This document shows positions 1 through 11,100 of a stretch of 64,000 nucleotides of DNA, piece by piece. This DNA comes from Amoebidium appalachense (taxonomy: Eukaryota; Protista; Ichthyosporea). Under the pieces are notes generated by a model. It searched no databases, was not told the DNA's origin, and saw only the letters and a list, made by a program, of their open reading frames with translations. Where the stretch lies: NCBI GenBank assembly GCA_963693365.1, contig CAVNZM010000011.1, positions 3,976,639 through 4,040,638 of the forward strand, given 5' to 3'. The position numbers and the translations under genes are program-made. Within the stretch, counting starts at the first letter, position 1. Each line of letters opens with the position of its first letter.

Positions 1-63
1 GAGATAATATCGGAGTGTTAGTAACACCCGGATCTAATAGATTAAATCTCTTGATGATTGCGT

Positions 64-137
64 GAGCCGTATGCGATGAAAGTCGCACGTACGGTTCTTG
101 GAAGTTCGATCTAATGTAAATTAGATTATACTTCGTG
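64..137 (+). ncRNA. Group II intron 3' end (domain V plus domain VI-like stem) in mt LSU rRNA
   Basis: GAGCCGTATGCGATGAAAGTCGCACGTACGGTTC (64-97) is a canonical domain V. It is followed by a GAAG...A-CTTC stem, and the exon resumes with AACAGGCTG at 138. Confidence 0.8.
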
Positions 138-188
138 AACAGGCTGATCTGAGCTAAGAGTCCATATCGCAGCTTAGGTTTGGCACCT

Positions 189-602
189 TGATATCGGGGT
201 GAAGAAATAGTAATATTTCTGTAGAACAGAACTGTATGCTGGGATTTCCTAAAGCCACAAGTACTCATTTAAATTTGTCCTATTCTTATCGAACCCATTT
301 AAGTAGTGAAAATCTTGAGGATGAACAATGGACAATCAGCAGGAAACCAACGTAATTAATATACTAGTAGGATCCTCAACGACTATACGTTCTGTCTCAA
401 TATTATTATTGAGTGATAATATAGTCTGAACAAACTGGGAAACCGTTTAAAGAATATGTACATATTCTTTCTTTGTATATTATTTGTCTTCTTAAAGTTG
501 GTGCGTGAGCAGGTACATAGTACCAAGCTAGCTTAGGCTGAGAGCCTGCGCACTAATTAGAAAAGCTACTTAAAGACAAATAGTTTACAAAGTAACTATC
601 CG
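189..602 (+). ncRNA. Group I intron at LSU position ~2500
   Basis: Follows exon U and ends in G. The guide ATCGGGGTG pairs with the 5' exon CACCT and the 3' exon CGAT. Core motifs: ATGCTGGGA, AATCAGCAGG, TCAACGACTA, GATAATATAGTC. Confidence 0.85.
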
Positions 603-606
603 CGAT

Positions 607-896
607 TGAAAACCCAAAGTTGAGGTTAAACAGGGTGAATTGTCAAGAAAGACTAAATAATTATTTAATTACATGTCAACTTGCAGCGAAGCCTATGGAA
701 AAGGAATAACGTACATAGGAACGTTCAACGACTAGGATGTGAGGATTTTCTACTCTAAATTCATTTGAACTAAGAGGACCAATAATCATCCCACGAGCGC
801 CCTGCAACAATTATTATATAGATTGTTGAAGACATAGTCTGGACCACAATGAAAATTGTGGAAATAAGGATAAAGAGCCTTATGATAACACATTCG
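607..896 (+). ncRNA. Group I intron at LSU position ~2504
   Basis: A second complete core (AATTGTCAAGAAA, CAACTTGCAGCGAAG, TTCAACGACTAG, AAGACATAGTCT). Guide GTTGAGGT at 619-626; ends in G before GTCGGCT. Confidence 0.85.
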
Positions 897-976
897 GTCG
901 GCTAATCTCATCCTTCTGGTGCAGAAGCTAGAAAGGGTTCTACTGTTCGTAGATTAAAGAGGTACTTGAGCTGGGT

Positions 977-1472
977 CAACGTGAGCCCAGATATAAATGG
1001 AGAGTTTAATTTGCCATATATATATTAAAAACTTCGCTATATGCTGGAACAACCTAAAACTTTAAGTACTCTCTAAGAGTGATAATCTTAAATATACAAC
1101 TTTGTTATTTGGTACCTAGTCGTCACAATAACAAAGTACAACAGCTCTCGACACAGAGAGCCCTCTACACAGAGAGCTCTTTACACAGAGAGCAGGTCAA
1201 TCAGCAGGAAACCAAATCTTACATGTGTAACAAAGTAGGATCCTCAGAGATCACACGCGAAGTAAGATAAATAATCTATTTATTCTTAAAGATATGATCC
1301 ATATTTGTAAAATTAACCTTACTCATACAAGGTTAATTTGTAAAATTCAAACTACTTTAATGCGAGTACTATACGAGCTTGTCGTCGTATGATGACAAGA
1401 GCATAAGACTTTTCTCTTAGCGAGAAGACTCTACTGAGACTCTAGTTCGAATTTGTAATTTTACAGGTAATG
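977..1472 (+). ncRNA. Group I intron at LSU position ~2584
   Basis: P1 CTGGGT/GCCCAG; core ATGCTGGAA, AATCAGCAGG, TCAGAGATCAC, AAGATATGATC; terminal G at 1472. Confidence 0.85.
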
Positions 1473-1834
1473 TCAATACGTTGTGAAACAGTATTTTTTC
1501 CATCTTCTAGCCACTTCTTGATATCTATTCCCAAAGATTTCTTTGTACGAAAGGATCAGAAATCTGCAGCCTATGGTGTATCAATTATGGATAACATCTG
1601 TACAGTTGAGTAGCCACGCTGTAATAGAGTAGATCTGAAATCATCTCAAGATCGAAACTATGGGATTGAAGATATCTGATAGCGTTCTGTTGATAAGGCT
1701 ACAGGTGTTAGATTTTTAACGATTTTAGCTTAGTAGTACGGAACTATTAACGTAGTTCATAATGAAGCTATTTACGTAGTTCATTGCTTCAGCTATGCTT
1801 TCAATAATTTTATGAGACTATTATGTCTCGATCC

Positions 1835-1918
1835 ATCTCTGTGGCGAAATTGGTTATACGCAACGATTTTAAAGATCGTCCTCCTTTGGAGATGTGAGTT
1901 CGAGTCTCACCAGAGATA
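1835..1918 (+). tRNA. trnL: mt tRNA-Leu (anticodon UAA)
   Basis: Acceptor stem ATCTCTG/CAGAGAT, D arm TGGCGAAATTGG, anticodon arm ACGAT-TTTAAAG-ATCGT, long variable arm, T arm GTGAG-TTCGAGT-CTCAC. Confidence 0.93.
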
Positions 1919-2080
1919 CAGATAGCTTTCCGACTGTAGCTTAAACAGCATCGACTCTACAAATTCACCTTGTATGAGTAAGGAGAATTTTACAAAAGAC
2001 CAGATACCCATAAGAACATCATTAGGTCCCCCTCCTCTTTGGGTTTCAATACAACTCTAAGATGGCTCAAGCAGGAAAGA

Positions 2081-3992
2081 ATGAAGATGTTAACAATATT
2101 AAATAAAGTAATAGCATTATGAGATGTGGCACATCCATATCAAATAAATTTTCAAGATGCAGGTTCATCATTAGCAGAAGAGATTATCTTCTTCCACGAT
2201 AAATTATTTTTTTATCAAATAATAGTATTAACTGTGGTATTATGAATGTTAGCTAACATTGTAATAAAATATCATAGAACAATATTAATGTATAAATATG
2301 CGACACATGGGACATGATTAGAAATCGTATGAACTATTACACCAGCATTAATCTTAATCATTATTGCATTCCCATCGTTCAAATTATTGTATTTAATGGA
2401 TGAAGTAATTGATCCAGCTATTACAATCAAAGCAGTGGGTGATCATAGAGGTGGCCCCAAATCCTATGAATTAAATAAAATAAGAGATACCACAGGCATA
2501 ACATCCTGGGGTCAAAGAAATAGTATTTTTGGATACGAAGCTAAAGTGGGATTTAATTAATGAAATCCCTGATACATAAACGTGCATTTCACACTAGAGT
2601 AAAAGCCATTAATCGTGTAGGTCCTCATAATTCCGATGTATTATCAGTAGTAATAGGTTCTTTATTAGGTGACGCATATGCGAGCAGAAGAACTATTAAT
2701 GGTACAAGAATATGTTATAGACAAAGTATAATTCATAAAGATTATCTTTTTTGATTATATCAGTTTTTCTGAACTAGAGGATATTGCTCTAATTTAGAGC
2801 CTAGAATATACACTAGATAAATAAAGAATAAAATATATTACGGATATGAATTTAACACCTATACATTTAGAAGTTTGAATTGAGTACACGAATTGTTTTA
2901 CAAATTCACCTTGTATGAGTAAGGAGAATTTTACAAAAAGAGTTTAAAGATAATCCATGCCGAATTAGAAAGGTATATTACACCATTAGCATTAGCTGTT
3001 TGAATAATGGACGATGGAGGATGAACATCTTATGGAGTTAGATTATCTACCAACAGTTTTAGTTATGAAGAAGTATTGATTTTAACTAATATTCTTAAGA
3101 ATAAATTTCACTTAGATTGTACAATTCAAAAGATCTGGATTAAGAATAAATATTCTATCTATATAAAAATAAATTCAATGCCTACTCTAAAAAAACTCGT
3201 ATTACCGTATTTACATTCTTCTATGCACTATAAATTAGGATTATAAATATTTAGCTTTAAAAAGTATTAAAGTTCTCTTAACTGTGGATTTAACTTTAGA
3301 TGATATCTAAGATAAAGCCACTCATATATATAGGATAGTCGTGAGATAAATAGACTGAATAGCAAATAGTGTATTTATCTCTAAGTTTCCGACAGGATTC
3401 TTAAAGGAAGTCGTTACTATTTCCTTTGGCGACACGAGTGAAAACAGTTAACATTCTATTATCAATAAGTATCTAGATAATAGAACAAGACTGTCGGTAG
3501 GTAGTTTATTTCTTTTTGCCTGTCGCAACAGACTGGGTCACTTGTGGGTGTCAATTTATTTGATGCTTAATGTACAGTCGATCGCACCAATGATACTGAT
3601 CGTATGAGTACTCGGATTATATCGTAGATAAAGACACTAATGCATCGTTAGCGTTTGATTCTTACATGGTACCTACTGAGGATTTAGAATTAGGAGACTT
3701 CCGTTTATTAGAAGTGGATAACCAAGTGGTATTACCAATTCATACACATATACGTGTGATTGTAACAGCAGCTGATGTAATACACAGTTGAGCAGTACCA
3801 GCATTAGGAGTGAAAATAGATGGAATTCCTGGAAGACTTAACGGAACATCTTTCTTAATTAAAAGAGAAGGATTATATTATGGACAGTGTTCTGAAATTT
3901 GCGGGGCCAACCACGGATTCATGCCAATCGCGGTAAGAGCCGTTAATCTTACTGACTATATTAGCTGAGTAGAATCCCAACTTGCTGAATAA
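2081..3992 (+). CDS. cox2: Cytochrome c oxidase subunit 2 (mt code 4); exons 2081-2440 and 3585-3992
   Basis: Both exons are open with TGA=Trp: FQDAGS...EIVWT...IKAVG|HQWYWSYEY...DVIHSW...[13 protein letters not shown] (CuA site). Probably not expressed if nuclear. Confidence 0.95.
2441..3584 (+). ncRNA. Group I intron in cox2 (ID-like core)
   Basis: Interrupts AVG|HQW and ends in G; core GCAACAGACTGGGTCAC ... GCTTAATGTACAGTCG near its 3' end. Confidence 0.88.
2560..3246 (+). pseudogene. Intronic LAGLIDADG homing endonuclease, decayed
   Basis: Motifs VIGSLLGDA and LAVWIMDDG (code 4). In-frame TAA at 2818-2820, a second TAA inside a 33-nt insertion (2905-2937), and a 1-nt frame offset from cox2 exon 1. 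Confidence 0.88.
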
Positions 3993-4346
3993 TTATTATC
4001 TTATTAACATCCTTACCTCTCCATGTTGAGAGGCGGGAGATTAATGTAACCACTTTGGTCTCTTGTCAATGGCTTAAAAATGCACACAAAGCTGAAATGG
4101 TGCGCCTATAATACCTAATACCCCCCAGAGGCTACCTAACCGGGAGAGTATACTACCATTTAGTTAGAGCTTACTATTGAAATTACTCACTAATGGAGCT
4201 TAAGAAAAGAAATAAAGTTTATAGGAAAATCACTAAATTTTACTTGAAAATAAGATGCATGTAACAACTTTTGTAATTCATCAATGACTTAAAAATACAC
4301 ACAAAATTTAAGAGGTTTAGCTCGAATACCTAGCTCTCGTAACTTA

Positions 4347-5295
4347 GGGCCTGTTTGGCAACGCGGGTTAGTGTAATCTGGATTTCGGGGGGATATCTGG
4401 ATATCAAAATCGAGATCCAGATTATGCTGCAGAATCCGGATCTCAGCCGAAACCTGGGTTAAGCCGGGTAGATAACCCATGGATGCCAAACAGCCCACGT
4501 ACGATTTCGGGTTAGATTTGCTCTGCTGTTCATGGAAACGACCGGCCATTCCATTCCATTGAGCCTTTTTAAGGCTCTTGCCTCCCGAATCAAGTTTCCT
4601 GAGTGAGAGGCTAAGAAAATCGTCTACAACGAACTTGCTTTCTTCTCCCGTAAATCTCATACGTGTCTTTTCAACCGCCTCAGTCGACGGTTTGGCTGAC
4701 TGTGGGGGACTGTCACTCTGTGATTCGATGTTGAGGTTTGCAGGCATCTTGTCGGTTCAAACAAGATTATCTACAAGTGTACTGTGCTACTGGAAGACTC
4801 GGGCTGGACGGCCGCAGAGGGTAGGAAAAGAATGAGAAGTGAGGTGCGTGTCTGTTTTTATAACGTTCCCCACGTGCAAGTCCGTGCGTTGGTGCAGGTG
4901 TCGCAGTTCAAGGCACAGCTGTCGCAGCCCACTCAGTATCCACATGCTGCCAGCAACGGAAGTTTGGTTTGGCGCCCTTTCAACAATTCTTTTTTGGCCA
5001 CTTCAAACTATCGACGATTGGTGCAAAAGGACACCATATATAGTTCCATAAAATGAACATTCATTGGGTCGGACATTCAGGACCTGAAAGGATTTCGCGC
5101 TAATCCACCTCCCGAGGTGGATTAGTGGAATCCAGATTACGGCCATGTCCGAGGGGTTTGAAACCCAGATTTACGTGACCGGATCTGGCCGTCTGTTTGG
5201 CAGCGGCTGGATTTTGAGATTTGGATTTAGCGCTAAACCCAAAATCGCCCGTAATCCGGATTTAGGACCCTAAACCCGGGTTGCCAAACAGGCCC
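4347..5295. mobile_element. Non-autonomous PIF/Harbinger DNA transposon (949 bp)
   Basis: TIRs GGGCCTGTTTGGCAAC.CGGGTT / AACCCGGGTTGCCAAACAGGCCC, a TTA target duplication at 4344-4346 and 5296-5298, and subterminal GGAT/ATCC repeats. Confidence 0.9.
4500..4747 (-). pseudogene. Truncated Myb/SANT-like DNA-binding ORF of the Harbinger element
   Basis: MRFTGEESKFVVDDFL...SGGKSLKKAQWNGMAGRF resembles the Harbinger ORF2 Myb/SANT helix pattern, then runs into subterminal repeats. Confidence 0.6.
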
Positions 5296-5444
5296 TTAGA
5301 CTCATTCCGTACGGATCTAAGTTTGCCCGTCGGAGCCTGGTCTGAATAAACTTTACCGTTTTTTCGTACACGTTCGTTCCTTTTCGTGTGTGTACACTTA
5401 GTAGAGTGCCGCGTCTCTAGTACACATACATTAGGATACGACAC

Positions 5445-6190
5445 CACCCCCAAGCGAATATAATATTCGCTCGCATCCTGAGGATCCCACCCCCAAGCGA
5501 AAATAATAATCGCTCGGATCCTGATGATCTAACCCCAAGCGAATATAATATTCGCTCGGATCCTGATGATCTAACCCCAAGCGAATATAATATTCGCTCA
5601 AATCGTGATGATCTAACCCCAAGCGAATGTAATATTCGCTCCGATCGATCCGAGCGATTATTATATTCGCGCGGATCTTGATTATCTAACCAATCGATCC
5701 AAGCGAATATTATATTCGCTTGGGGGTTGTAATCATGGTGCGAGCGAATATAACATTCGCTCGCACCATGATGATCCCACCGCCAAGCGAATATAATATT
5801 CGCTCGGATCCTGATGATCCACCCCCAAGCGAATATAATATTCGCTCGAATCCTGATGATCTAACCCCAAGCGAATGTAATATTCGCGCGGTTCTTGATT
5901 ATCTAACCAATCGACCCAAGCGAATGGGGATTGAAATCAGGGTGCGAGCGAATGTTATATTCGCTCGCACCTATCCATCCCCCCAAGCAAATATAATATT
6001 CACTCGGATCCTGATGATCCAACCCCCATAATAATAATATAATATTATATTCGCTCGCATCCTAACTATGCATCCGCCAGGCGAATATATATATATATAT
6101 ATATATGTAATCGCTTCTGAGTATCCAAGTCCCAAGCGAATATACTATTCGCTCGGATCCTGATTATCCACCCGATGCAAGCGAATATTA
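5445..6190. repeat. Tandem array, ~42-bp unit with palindromic core AGCGAATATAATATTCGCT
   Basis: The unit CCCCAAGCGAATATAATATTCGCTCGGATCCTGATGATCTAA occurs in over a dozen variant copies, with local inversions near 5720-5775 and 5925-5970. Confidence 0.92.
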
Positions 6191-7344
6191 TACGCGAGTA
6201 TCCAAAAACATTCCTTGGGAGCAACAATTAAATTCACTTTAACATAGGTGAAATGTAAGCGTGATTTTAAAATTTAAAATTTTAAATGTTAATTTCTCTA
6301 CAGTGATTGGTTTCATTATCAAATGCTGTTCGCTACACCATTCCGTTTCTATAATCTATGTTTTATGTTTTCGCTCGATCCGGAACCCAATCATCGTTGA
6401 CCTTCTCATTCGTTGTCACGTGCTCATCTGATAACAGGAATAAATTACTATACCGATAGCTTCGCACATCTCCTTTTGTTATTCAGTACATCATTGCATG
6501 ACGATGGTATTAAGCTTTTAATTTGTATAGCAAATTTCTGTTGTTTACGCAGCGAGGCAGAGCTTGCAATATACAAAGCACGGCTTAGTGGATTAATACC
6601 ATCTTAACATCACACCTGCTGTATTCTTCGCTGATTCATGTTTATTCTGCTCTGTTCTTTCTGATGTGATTGCCATTTCATTAAGTATGGCGTAATGTTG
6701 TATCATGCAGCATGCAGAATGGCGGGTATTAAACTCGAGTCAGAAAGGTGCTTTGATCATGTGCACTACAGATGTACAATATGCTACAATGGAAACAATT
6801 GGACCCTCAATAACCTGAATCAACCATGGTTCAGTGCAGTCCAGGCAATCGCCTTCTTCAACGTAAAGCTGGAACCACATCAGGGTAAGTTTTTCATGAA
6901 AAGAATGAACACATGAACACTGGAAAGGATAACCGTGCACAATGACTCTACGGAGACAAAGGCTTACCTTTCATAAGTGAAGCGTTGACCAGCGCACACA
7001 GCGACCTTGATGTATTACAAAGCTGATCACAAAGACAACTCGCGATGATGTCGACCGAACAGTTAAGTGGGAAACAAAAAAAAAAAAAAAAAAAAAAATT
7101 GTACACCGCGCGAGTTCGGATTACTGGGTTACTGGGAAAGGATCTGGCGGTTGACATCATTCATTCATATACTACCCATTTTAACGCCCGCATGGCGATT
7201 GCCGATTGGTTGTCAGAGGCGGCAAAATCGTATTTGTTTTAAGTTTTTAAAATTTATATATATACGATCCAACCAATGAAAATTATTTGTTAACACGAAG
7301 GCGATTTATATAATGTTTTAAACGCTAATATCTAACCTGATTTT

Positions 7345-8030
7345 GAGCGCATATCATATTCGTCCCATCCTCATGCGCATATTATATTCGCTTGACGCAT
7401 GCCAAGCTCCTGCCATCCTGAAGCGCATATTATATTCGCTTGACGCATGCCATTGGTCATGCCATCCTGAAGCGCATATTATATTCGCTTGACGCCACCT
7501 ATGTATGCTCATGCCATCCTGAAGCGCATATTATATTCGCTTGACGCCACCTATGTATGCTCATGCCATCCTGAAGCACATATTATATTCGCTTGACGCA
7601 TGCCATTGGTCATGCCATCCTGAAGCGCATATTATATTCGCTTGACGCCACCTATGTATGCTCCTGCCATCCTGACGCGCATATTAAATTCGCTTGACGC
7701 ATGCCATGCTCCTGCCATCCTGAAGCGCATATTATATTCGCTTGACGCATGCCATTGGTCATGCCATCCTGAAGCGCATATTATATTCGCTTGACGCATG
7801 CCATTGGTCATGCCATCCTGAAGCGCATATTAAATTCGCTTGACGCATGCCATTGGTCATGCCATCCTGAAGCGCATATTAAATTCGCTTGACGCATGGA
7901 ATTGGTCAAGCCATCCTCGCGCGCATGTTATATTCGCTTGACGCATGCCACTGGTCATGCCATCCTGAAGTGCAGTTTATATTCGCTTGACGTTGCTATG
8001 CACGTGCCATCCTGATTCGATTGACGCTTG
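7345..8030. repeat. Tandem array, 48-52-bp units
   Basis: A constant TGCCATCCTGAAGCGCATATTATATTCGCTTGACGC plus variable linkers (ATGCCATTGGTCA, CACCTATGTATGCTCA), about 13 copies. Degenerate copies also occur at ~8850-8945. Confidence 0.92.
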
Positions 8031-8146
8031 TCATGACATATGGATATCATGATGGTTATGATAATAATGTTGCGTTGGAGTGTGCATGCTTTCTTTTTCA
8101 CATGTTTGGTGTGTGCATATCTTAACCAGGCTTTACCTTGTTACAG

Positions 8147-11100
8147 GGATTGTCTTCCATAATCCCGACGGAAACGACTTGTTCGTGAATGCCCTGGGTA
8201 ACGTCAACTTTGGATACATTGGTGCCTTGGTTGCCATGAAGGTGGTTGACGGCCCTGGTTGTGGAGTTAAGTTCAAAAATACTGCCCACGAAGACTATGT
8301 CAAGCAAGAGGTGGCTGTGTTGGCATGGCTTCGCGATAGGGCGTATGCCCTTTTTTTCGACAACAGATCGGCCAAATCAGCTATTCGCCGGAAGTGCAGC
8401 AAAGGCTTCCATATCCAATGCCAAGAAGGCGCTGTCTTCTATTCAGGGTATGTGTATGTCTTTGTGTGATATACATGTACACTTAAAATTCGATTCTAAT
8501 ACTCCGTTCTCCAGGTCAGACCGTCAACGGCTCACGAAATCATTGGGAAAGAAGTCGCCACCTCGCCGTGTCCTGTTTTTTTCACAGGTCATGGAACGCC
8601 TTGCGGAGTGTCTATAACGCAAAGACGCTAGTGTCCGCCTACATTAGTCGGTGCTTCTCGTGCACCGCGCACTCCACAACCCTGGGCCCAACAACCAGAA
8701 AAGTGATCGTGGCTAATCTGCCTGGACATATTGTAAGTCTGTCATTGATACCATCACCTAATTTTCGTCTTGTCATAGCACGGTTTTAGATCACACATGC
8801 ATGCTTGTGTGAAACGCATATGTACTCAATGTTTTATCCGTATGATTCCGTGCTCAGGCCATGCCTCAAGCCATTATTAGATTCCCTTGACCCTTGCCGT
8901 GCTCATGCCATCCTGAAGGGAATACTATATTCCCTTGCTGCTTGTTCCCTTGCCACTTGCTCCCTTATGCTTCTTTGATACCAAATTGAGACCCACCTGG
9001 CTCTTCTGACTGTTTCATGTCAGGTGGTAATGGATTTTTCTTCATTGGGCAAAGAGGCTACCATGAAAGACCCCGTTACTGGCTTCACCAAGATGAGCCT
9101 TGCGACAGACCACCTTTCAAAGTTCACTGTGGGGATTCCCACTGCATCCGAGGACTCCAACACCGCCATCCGAACTTTGCAGGCCATGATGAAGGTGACC
9201 CCGGTTAGGGAGGTTTGGGTTGACGGCGGTGGTGCTTATGTCAGCAACGAATTTCGCGCGTTTTGCGATGAGAACAACATTGATTTCGTTCCGGCAACGC
9301 CGTACCACCCTCAAACTAAGGGCGTAGTGGAGCGTATCCATCGAACCATCAGGAAACTGTTGGCATCCGCGATGCTGGCAGGCAGGGATGTCAAGGAGGG
9401 GTACACTCTTCCTGGGCGACTGTTTGATCAGGTGTTGCATCAATATAACACAAAGTATCATTCGGTTCTGAAGGCGACCCCGTTCGAGGTTATGATGGGT
9501 CGTGAATCAGGTTCTGTCCGCGCCATGGGCAGGGATCAGTATAACCGTCTACTGGCGGAGATGAGACGGAATATCATTCGGAGCGGTTCCAGATTCCACA
9601 AGGATACCACGGTCAAGCTACCAGAATTGTCCGTCGGTGATTACGTTATCGTCAACACCGGTGTGAGGGATCGCACCAAGGCGCGTAGTACCCTCAGACC
9701 GGTGTGGGGGGCATATGGTGAGGTGAAGGCACAGAGATCTCCATTCACATACACGGTGGAGATTCTGGCCTCAAAGGCCAAACATCCGGGTTCCACCATC
9801 GTTGCTGGATCCACGACGGTCTTCCACATCAGGTAATGTTTCAGGCCTGGCCTTGAATGTGCGTCTGTTATTATGGCAGGATCATCTTTTTTGCTTTGCC
9901 GTATAGTATATTGGTACATACTGTCAACAGCATAGTTCACTGATGGGATTTTATGCAGAGACATCAAGCCGGTTCCATCCAGCTTCAGACCCGACGACAT
10001 GGAGCAGTACCTCGTCCATACAATCGGCGACCCGACATATGTTGTTGATTGCGTGTTCGGTCGCAGAACCATTGTAGATGACAAAGGGGACTTGTACGAC
10101 CAGGTTTTAGTTAAATGGCGTGGATTTCCCTTTTCCCAATGTACTTGGGAGGATCCTGGTGAAGTTATGCCCCCCAACACAGGGGCACCCACTTGCGATG
10201 AACAAGATGTGGATGGCAACGACATTCCATTAGCATTACATGGTCTGAAAGATTTCAGTAGCTACACGGATGCCAAAATGGAAACGGTCCTTCGTACACT
10301 GAATGCCAATGGCGGGTTGGACGACACGGACTTTGCAAATGGCAGTGTTCCAGTTGCCACCATGTTTACCACTGTGACATCCAATCAACGTAAGCCCGTG
10401 CGTCCATCAAAACCGACATTGTCGCATCCGGCAGGTACACCAGTGCGCTCTGAGCCAGAACACAACACAGGGTCGTCGGATCCAGCTTCGCCAATTTCGT
10501 CGTCGGGTTTTACCAGTGCAGGTGACGGTGCCCCGTCACAAGTACCACCTTCTTCGGCAATGGCACAACCGCCCCGTAAGCGTGCCAAGGTGACACTGGA
10601 GCCCGAGGTAACTGACTTAACGTTGTATACACCCGAAGTGGACCCACCAGTGTCGCCGGTCCCATCAACTAATGATTGCAACCCTTGCCCCACTGTGCCC
10701 ATCCCCGTCTCTCTCCGGTCAAAATGGCCCGGGAATGTCAGTGAGTCTGTGTTTACACACTACTGCAACAGCGCAGACCCAGTTTATGACGTCACCCCCG
10801 TGCCGATGGATGCTTTCTCATTCAACAGCAACGCCACCTTTAGTTTCCGTCCAAGATTTTCATGGGAAATGAATTTCTGTTTCATCATCACTGTATTGGA
10901 CGGATTAATCTGTGGGCTTATAAAATCCAACGTGCCACCCGTACATCTTAAGCCAACCGGACTGGACGTTTGGGACCGGATGATTGCTGCCTTAAAGCAC
11001 CGCGAGAAGCATACAGCTAATATCCGGGCCATCGCTCATCGACTGGCACGGGTGTGGAAGGTAACACGATACAGGATTGGGGACATAAGTTCAACGGACA

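Larger units (their letters stand above)
138..1750 (+). rRNA. rnl: Mitochondrial LSU rRNA, 3' part; exons 138-188, 603-606, 897-976, 1473-~1750
   Basis: The spliced exons read AACAGGCTGAT...GGCACCT|CGAT|GTCGGCT...GAGCTGGGT|TCAATACGTTGTGAAACAG, matching the peptidyl-transferase centre. A sarcin-ricin-like GTACGAAAGGA lies near 1545. The 3' end is approximate. Confidence 0.9.
1..4343 (+). other. Mitochondrial-derived segment (probable NUMT): rnl 3' part - trnL - cox2
   Basis: AT-rich; organellar LSU rRNA exons, self-splicing introns, and cox2 open only with TGA=Trp. It abuts a nuclear-type Harbinger element at 4347. The right boundary is approximate. Confidence 0.85.

Noticed and set aside
1079-1270. 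63-aa ORF in the rnl intron
   Set aside because: It overlaps the group I core and short ACACAGAGAGC hairpin repeats, with no endonuclease motif.
7345-8030. CRISPR array
   Set aside because: The linkers are short and recurrent rather than unique spacers, there are no cas genes, and the context is eukaryotic.
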